A stretch of 64,000 bases of DNA from a bacterium (lineage in GTDB: Bacteria; UBA10199; 2-02-FULL-50-16; JAJFLM01), in assembly GCA_965216315.1 (NCBI GenBank), contig CBDCFN010000016.1, forward strand, positions 392,378-456,377, read 5' to 3'. Shown piece after piece: positions 58,895 through 64,000 of this stretch. Position 1 is the first letter of the stretch; each line of letters starts with the position of its first letter. Both the position numbers and the translations under genes were made by a program. The notes under the pieces were generated by a model, which made no database searches, was not told the origin of the DNA, and worked only from the letters and a program-made list of their open reading frames with translations.

Positions 58895-60754
58895 CTATTG
58901 ACAGGGACTTGGGAGCGGATCCGAACTCGCAAGAGCCTCGCGCGCACAGGTCTCATTGACGATCTCTTGAGCAGTCAGGGCACGGTTGTAAACCGTGACA
59001 TCATCTATGATTCCATCGAAATTATAGAGGGAGGCTGAAGGCATGCCAGTGACATCAACCGATCCACCAATCCGCGCTGGGGCGGGATTGAGAGTCGTGC
59101 CCGCCAACGCATCGGATACAACCGTAACCGTCTCTTCAGTCCCATCCACAAAAAGTTTAGCTCCACTAGCCATCGTGGAGCCGTCATAGGTCACGGCCAC
59201 ATGATGGGGAGTATTCGGGGTATTAAAGAGAGTCGTCGAATCGATGCGGAGTCGGTTGCCCGTACTGCTGTCACTAACCAAGAAGAGGTCGAGGGTGTCA
59301 GTAGAACTAAAGCCAAACCAATAACCTCGTTGCAGGACGGGATCCGTATAATCAGCCCGTGCAAAGATGGTGTGGTCGGAGCCCGCAGCCTGGCGGTTGG
59401 TCCACGCGGAAATAGTAAAAGGGCTCGAAGCATCAAAGTTCAAGATGTCACCGAGCTCAACGAAGTCGTCAGTGCCATCGAAGGTCAAGGCCCCGCTGAC
59501 CAAGCCCGGGACCCAGGCGGTTGAGGTATCAAAATTAGTCAGGGTGCCGTTATTGCCCGCACTGCTGGAATCACTGGCTGTGCTGCCGGAACCTTCATTG
59601 AAGCGCCACCAGCCGAGTAAGGAATTGTCGGTGGAGAAGGAGTGCACGGGGCTGTAGTCCGTACAGTCGGTTCCGCCCGCATCGTAACAGGTCTGGACCT
59701 TCCAAAAATAACTTTGCGATGGGGTTAAAGGATCGATGACACGGAAGCGATTGGTGTCGATGGTTTCATTGGGGCACTCGTCGGCATCATCGATATCGGC
59801 CAGCCCGACCGCGGTGTAACAGGAACGATACCAGGTGGAGTTGCCTCCTGGAATGACGCCGTCCTGCCAGGACGTAAAGGCGCGCGCGGGTGGCAATGTC
59901 TGTCCATCGGTGGGGAGCGATTGAGTTGGGATGTGGTCGGACGGATAAACAGTTCCAGCATCAGTCATGTCGGCCACATCGTCCGGTCCGTCATCTGTAT
60001 CAGTATCAAGGACAGCGTCGGGAGAGGTATCAATTGTTCCATCAGAACTGTCTGTATCAGCCAGGCTGTCACTCGTATTTATGTCAGAAATATCCGCAGA
60101 TGTATCGGTGATTACATCTGCATCGTTTTCATTTATGTCAGGTATGTCAAATTCTACATCTACATCTTGAGGGACGTCTATTAAAGCTATGTCTGTGTCG
60201 GCATCTTCGACGCGAGAATCTTGGATATCTCTTTCCACATCATTAATCGTGTCATCCTCTGCATCTGGAATGAAAAGGTCAGGTAGGGGGGCGTCACCGC
60301 CAATCCCGCTATCGAGGAGATCAGGGTCCAAAGATTCTCCGTCAATTTGGTCAAACCGGCTCAAGTCACCATCAAATTGGCAGCCTGCACTGAAGATTAG
60401 GAGTCCTGCGGTAATGCCAAGTAAACGCTTTGCGAGACTATAGGACCTCTTCGGAGTTTCGACAGTTGATGCAGGGAATCCCGTTCTTTCAGTGAACTGA
60501 AAAGTCTGATTACTCTCTGTCGTAATTGGAATAAAACGAGTCTCATTTGCCTGTTGATGAGTGGGTAGTGTTGCTAAGGTACCAGTTTGTAATGAATTGC
60601 TGAGTGCAAGTGACGTTAATGTAGATGATGTGTTAGATAAGGATATGAAACTCATTTTTTTCTCCGCAATACGTATATAGTAATACCGTTCATATTGCGC
60701 GAAAGAATCGTATTGTTGGATGGAAAGTTGCGGAAAAACAAGGTTAGGTGTCAA
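58895..60754 (-). CDS. LamG/Fn3-like lipoprotein, paralog F (with roughly 110 aa Asp-rich acidic linker)
   Basis: Lipobox IFSAGC. A D-rich low-complexity linker (DVDVEFDIPDINENDADVITDTSADISD…) follows. The Fn3 and LamG modules are present. The tail reads LASSDPLPSPCQ. Confidence 0.6.
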   Translation of the reverse strand: MTPNLVFPQLSIQQYDSFAQYERYYYIRIAEKKMSFISLSNTSSTLTSLALSNSLQTGTLATLPTHQQANETRFIPITTESNQTFQFTERTGFPASTVETPKRSYSLAKRLLGITAGLLIFSAGCQFDGDLSRFDQIDGESLDPDLLDSGIGGDAPLPDLFIPDAEDDTINDVERDIQDSRVEDADTDIALIDVPQDVDVEFDIPDINENDADVITDTSADISDINTSDSLADTDSSDGTIDTSPDAVLDTDTDDGPDDVADMTDAGTVYPSDHIPTQSLPTDGQTLPPARAFTSWQDGVIPGGNSTWYRSCYTAVGLADIDDADECPNETIDTNRFRVIDPLTPSQSYFWKVQTCYDAGGTDCTDYSPVHSFSTDNSLLGWWRFNEGSGSTASDSSSAGNNGTLTNFDTSTAWVPGLVSGALTFDGTDDFVELGDILNFDASSPFTISAWTNRQAAGSDHTIFARADYTDPVLQRGYWFGFSSTDTLDLFLVSDSSTGNRLRIDSTTLFNTPNTPHHVAVTYDGSTMASGAKLFVDGTEETVTVVSDALAGTTLNPAPARIGGSVDVTGMPSASLYNFDGIIDDVTVYNRALTAQEIVNETCAREALASSDPLPSPCQ

Positions 60755-60820
60755 ATAAACTTAACACTTGAATACAAAAGATAGCGATATCTTTAAAGAG
60801 AGTGCTACATCACTCAAATA

Positions 60821-62266
60821 TCAATTGCATATTGACGGTAAGGGATCAGAGCCAGCGAGAGCTTCGCGCGCGCAAGTCTCATTGACGATTTCCCGAGCAG
60901 TGAGGGCTCGATTATAGATCACGAGATCATCAAGAACTCCATCAAAGCTATAGAGAGAAGCTAAGGGCATTCCACTTGGATCAATAGAGCCACCAATCCG
61001 TGCCGAAGCGGAATTGAGGGTCGTGCCTGTTAATGCATCGGTGACTACAGTGGAGGTTTCTTCAGTTCCGTCGACAAAGAGCCTTGCCCCTGCAGCCATA
61101 GTTGAGCCGTCATAGGTGACGGCAACATGATGAGGAGCGCTGGGGGTATCGAAGACAGTTGTTGAATCAATACGAATCCGGTTTCCGGTACTGCTATCGC
61201 TGACGAAGAAGAGATCAAGCGTATCAGAAGAGCTGAATCCAAACCAATAACCACGTTGTAGGGCTGGATCCGTATAATCCGCCCTGGCAAAAATAGTATG
61301 ATCAGACCCAACGGATTGACGGTTAGTCCAGGCGGAGATTGTATAGGGGGTCGTTGAATCGAAATTTAAAGTATCACCGAGCTCTACAAAGTCATTCGTA
61401 CCATCAAAGTTTAAGGCCCCACCAATAAAACCCGGAACCCAGGCGGAAGCGATATCAAAATTAGTCAGGGTGCCGTTATTGTCAGCACCGCTGGAATCAC
61501 TAGCCGTCATTCCGGAACCTTCATTGAAGGTATAGCGTGCAAGCAAGGAGCTATCTGTGTTGACCATGCGCAGGGCACTGCCCATGGAGCGCGAACCATC
61601 ATCGTATAAAGCTCTTACCTTGACATGATAGGTAGAGCTTGGATTTGTAATATTAATTGCACCGAATGGAGACGTTACAGTGTTGCTCTGTGGGCATTCA
61701 GTAGAATCATCGATAGATGTAGTCCCAGTTGTTGTATAGCAAATCTCGTATCCTGCAATAGATCTGCCCGGAGGGAGTGTAGCCGCTGGATCCCAGCGGA
61801 TAAAAATACGGTTGTTGGGCAAAGAGATATCTGTTGCAGGAATCGTAATCGTCGAATTGTCGTCAATGACTGGACCACTGTCACCGGCATCATTGGTGCT
61901 TCCATCTATATCGGCATCCGGGCTTGCATCGGGAATGGGTCCTCCATCGGGGCCCCCGTCACCTCCACCATCGATAGTGACACCACGGCCTCTTCCATCT
62001 AATAAGCAACCACTGCCAAATAAACTGAGCACGCCTCCGATAATGAAAGTCGGTAACACTAAAGCGGCATGGCGAAGTCTGCGCTGGTTTGTTTCGTTGA
62101 GTAAGCGCGTCAGTGTCGAATTTTGCGTCACGGATTCGAGTAGAGGTTGAGCCAAATGGTTCGTGTTCGTTGTACTCGGAAGGCTTGGGGGCAGCTGCTG
62201 TAAAGAACTCGCCAGGACGGGCCGAGCCGACAGTAGGAATGGTGTCATCGGATTGATTAGACGCAT
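60821..62266 (-). CDS. LamG/Fn3-like lipoprotein, paralog G
   Basis: The ATG is preceded by GGAGAAACC. A roughly 60 aa N-terminal region precedes lipobox LFGSGC. The Fn3 module is divergent (…EICYTTTG…YHVKVRALY). The tail reads SDPLPSICN. Confidence 0.6.
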   Translation of the reverse strand: MRLINPMTPFLLSARPVLASSLQQLPPSLPSTTNTNHLAQPLLESVTQNSTLTRLLNETNQRRLRHAALVLPTFIIGGVLSLFGSGCLLDGRGRGVTIDGGGDGGPDGGPIPDASPDADIDGSTNDAGDSGPVIDDNSTITIPATDISLPNNRIFIRWDPAATLPPGRSIAGYEICYTTTGTTSIDDSTECPQSNTVTSPFGAINITNPSSTYHVKVRALYDDGSRSMGSALRMVNTDSSLLARYTFNEGSGMTASDSSGADNNGTLTNFDIASAWVPGFIGGALNFDGTNDFVELGDTLNFDSTTPYTISAWTNRQSVGSDHTIFARADYTDPALQRGYWFGFSSSDTLDLFFVSDSSTGNRIRIDSTTVFDTPSAPHHVAVTYDGSTMAAGARLFVDGTEETSTVVTDALTGTTLNSASARIGGSIDPSGMPLASLYSFDGVLDDLVIYNRALTAREIVNETCAREALAGSDPLPSICN

Positions 62267-62289
62267 GGTTTCTCCAAATTACTCAAGCA

Positions 62290-63747
62290 TCAGTTGCATA
62301 TAGATGGTAGAGAGCCGGATCCAGCAAGAGCCTCACGCGCACAAGTCTCATTAGAGATTTCCTGAACAGTCAGGGCCCGATTATAAACAGCGATATCATC
62401 AATGATCCCCTCAAAATTATAGAGAGATGCCAGTGGCATCCCCGCTGTATCGATAGAACCTCCAATCCGTGCCGGGGCGGGATTGAGAGTCGTGCCCGCC
62501 AACGCATCGGATACAACCGTAACCGTCTCTTCAGTTCCATCCACAAAAAGTTTAGCTCCACTAGCCATCGTGGAGCCGTCATAGGTCACGGCCACATGAT
62601 GGGGAGTACTAGGTGTGTTAAAGACAGTTGTAGAATCGATGCGGAGTCGGTTACCCGTACTGCTGTCACTCACCAAAAAGAGGTTGAGGGTGTCAGTAGA
62701 GCTAAAGCCAAACCAATAACCTCGTTGCAGGACGGGATCCGTATAATCGGCCCGTGCAAAGATAGTATGGTCAGCGCCGACCGACTGGCGGTTGGTCCAA
62801 GCCGAGATGGTAAAGGGGGTGGCTGAGTCAAAATTTAAGATATCACCGAGTTCCACAAAGTCATTGGCACCGTCAAAACTTAGGCCTCCGCCGACAAGGC
62901 CTGGATTCCAGGCGGTTGAGGTATCAAAATTAGTCAGGGTGCCGTTATTGCCCGCACTGCTGGAATCACTGGCTGTGCTGCCGGAACCTTCATTGAAGCG
63001 CCACCAACCGAGCAGAGAATTATCAGTCGAGAAGGAACGCACGGGGCTGTAGTCCGTACAGTCGGTTCCGCCCGCATCGTAACAGGTCTGGACCTTCCAG
63101 AAATGACTCTGAGCCGGGCTTAAGGGGTCAATCACGCGGAAACGATTGGTGTCGATGGTCTCATTGGGGCACTCGGTAGTGTCATCGACATCGGTCATGG
63201 CCGTGGCATGACAGGAGCGATACCAGGTAGAGGCGCCACCTGGGATGACGCCGTCTTGCCATGACATGAAGGCGCGCGTGGGCGCGAGGAGTTGTCCGTC
63301 AGCCGGCAACGATTGCGTCGGGATGTGATCGGATGGATAACCGGTACCACCGTCTTCGGCATCGCCGGCGTCACCCGGACCGCCATCCATATCGGCATCC
63401 GGACTTGCATCGAGGATGGGGCCTCCATCGGGGCCGCCATCACCACCATCAGGTCGCGGCGGAGCGGTGCCGCTTCGGTCTAAGAAGCAGCCACTACCGA
63501 ACAGGGCGAGCAGGCCCCCAATCACAAAAGCGGGTATGGCTAAGGCAGAGCGGCGGAGCCGCTGCCGGCTTGGCTCACTGAATAAACGCGTCAGCCCAGA
63601 ATCCGGAGAAACGGGCTCTAGAGATATTTGGGTTGGCGCCGAAATGTCAGCTTGAGTCTGGAGGCCAGTTGGCGCTGGTGATACAGAACTCGCTAAGATG
63701 GGCTGAGCCGATAGCAGAAAAGACGTTGTCTGACTTATTAGGTGCAT
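62290..63747 (-). CDS. LamG/Fn3-like lipoprotein, paralog H
   Basis: The ATG is preceded by GGAGAACCC. The N-terminal pre-region is homologous to that of G. Lipobox LFGSGC. The tail reads SGSLPSICN. Confidence 0.6.
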   Translation of the reverse strand: MHLISQTTSFLLSAQPILASSVSPAPTGLQTQADISAPTQISLEPVSPDSGLTRLFSEPSRQRLRRSALAIPAFVIGGLLALFGSGCFLDRSGTAPPRPDGGDGGPDGGPILDASPDADMDGGPGDAGDAEDGGTGYPSDHIPTQSLPADGQLLAPTRAFMSWQDGVIPGGASTWYRSCHATAMTDVDDTTECPNETIDTNRFRVIDPLSPAQSHFWKVQTCYDAGGTDCTDYSPVRSFSTDNSLLGWWRFNEGSGSTASDSSSAGNNGTLTNFDTSTAWNPGLVGGGLSFDGANDFVELGDILNFDSATPFTISAWTNRQSVGADHTIFARADYTDPVLQRGYWFGFSSTDTLNLFLVSDSSTGNRLRIDSTTVFNTPSTPHHVAVTYDGSTMASGAKLFVDGTEETVTVVSDALAGTTLNPAPARIGGSIDTAGMPLASLYNFEGIIDDIAVYNRALTVQEISNETCAREALAGSGSLPSICN

Positions 63748-63845
63748 GGGTTCTCCAATTCACTCAATTAGTCGCACCTAATTAAGTCTACCCATTCATC
63801 GCTCATCCCGGTAAAAAGTTGTGCCTTTTTGGATTGGCGCCTAAC

Positions 63846-64000
63846 TCATTGAAAATATTTGATATTTGAGCTTTTAAAAGTGAAGTAAAAGACGAGGGCA
63901 AAGCCCCAACCGGCGAGGACGTCGATGAAGTAATGGTGATTCAAGTAGACGGCCGCAAATGCGGCCAAGGCGGCATAGAAATGGAAACACCAACGAAAAT
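63846..64000 (-). CDS. PAP2-family phosphatase, C-terminal fragment (gene continues beyond window end)
   Basis: The minus-strand frame reads …AALAAFAAVYLNHHYFIDVLAGWGFALVFYFTFKSSNIKYFQ*. The block HHYFIDVLAG matches PAP2 motif 3 (HxxxDVxxG). No start codon falls inside the window, so it is absent from the ORF track. Confidence 0.5.
   Translation of the reverse strand, partial: FRWCFHFYAALAAFAAVYLNHHYFIDVLAGWGFALVFYFTFKSSNIKYFQ

Noticed and set aside
52730-63655. Numerous plus-strand ORFs (60-140 aa) inside the LamG array, several occurring as identical pairs (e.g. 57835-58158 = 59201-59524, 58001-58291 = 59367-59657, 55641-55832, 54073-54309).
   Set aside because: They lie antisense to, and wholly within, the long minus-strand LamG genes. 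Their duplication simply mirrors the nucleotide identity of the paralogs. They have Pro/Ser/Gly-rich low-complexity translations and no start context. They were used only as evidence for the repeat structure.
51793-63747. Possibility that the repeated units are a CRISPR array, a diversity-generating retroelement target or a transposon cluster.
   Set aside because: The repeat units are 1.2-1.9 kb protein-coding paralogs, not short direct repeats with spacers. No cas genes, reverse transcriptase, template repeat, transposase, integrase or terminal inverted repeats were seen anywhere in the window.

Overview
This window is from a diderm (Gram-negative-type) bacterium of moderate GC and contains three parts. 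(1) Positions 1-3.0 kb hold two convergent housekeeping genes, ligA and nadA. (2) Positions 3.1-51.8 kb hold a very large cell-surface polysaccharide locus. Its first ~6 kb is a membrane/lipid-linked module and a divergently transcribed wza-wzz export pair. From 9.2 kb onward ~40 plus-strand genes form what looks like a single operon, mostly tightly spaced and with several 1-4 nt overlaps. The operon opens with a winged-helix regulator, a NusG/RfaH-family antiterminator paralog, and a near-consensus ops element (GGCGGTAGCcTG) in the leader. It then encodes a WbpA/B/D/E/I-type UDP-2,3-diacetamido-uronic acid pathway (with WbpB and WbpD fused), ugd plus UDP-GlcA 4-epimerase, and a WbpS-like amidotransferase. 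It carries a HisH/HisF/WbpG acetamidino trio in the same gene order as the Pseudomonas aeruginosa O5 B-band cluster. It also has a second unfused oxidoreductase/acetyltransferase/aminotransferase set, a split transketolase, two methyltransferases, four glycosyltransferases (three GT4, one GT2), two Wzx-type flippases, several polytopic membrane proteins of unknown function, two P-loop kinase-like proteins, a PglC-like initiating transferase and a WbpM/PglF-like dehydratase. (3) Positions 51.8-63.7 kb are the most unusual part. Eight head-to-tail minus-strand paralogs each encode a predicted lipoprotein built as Gly/Asp-rich linker, Fn3-like module, LamG (concanavalin-A-like) domain and a conserved Cys-containing C-terminal tail. 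The copies are mosaic: ~0.8 kb segments are near-identical between some copies while other segments are divergent. This is the signature of segmental gene conversion in a variable surface-protein family, and it runs convergently into the end of the polysaccharide operon. A partial PAP2-family phosphatase gene lies at the 3' edge. No transposase, integrase, CRISPR array, tRNA or rRNA was recognised.
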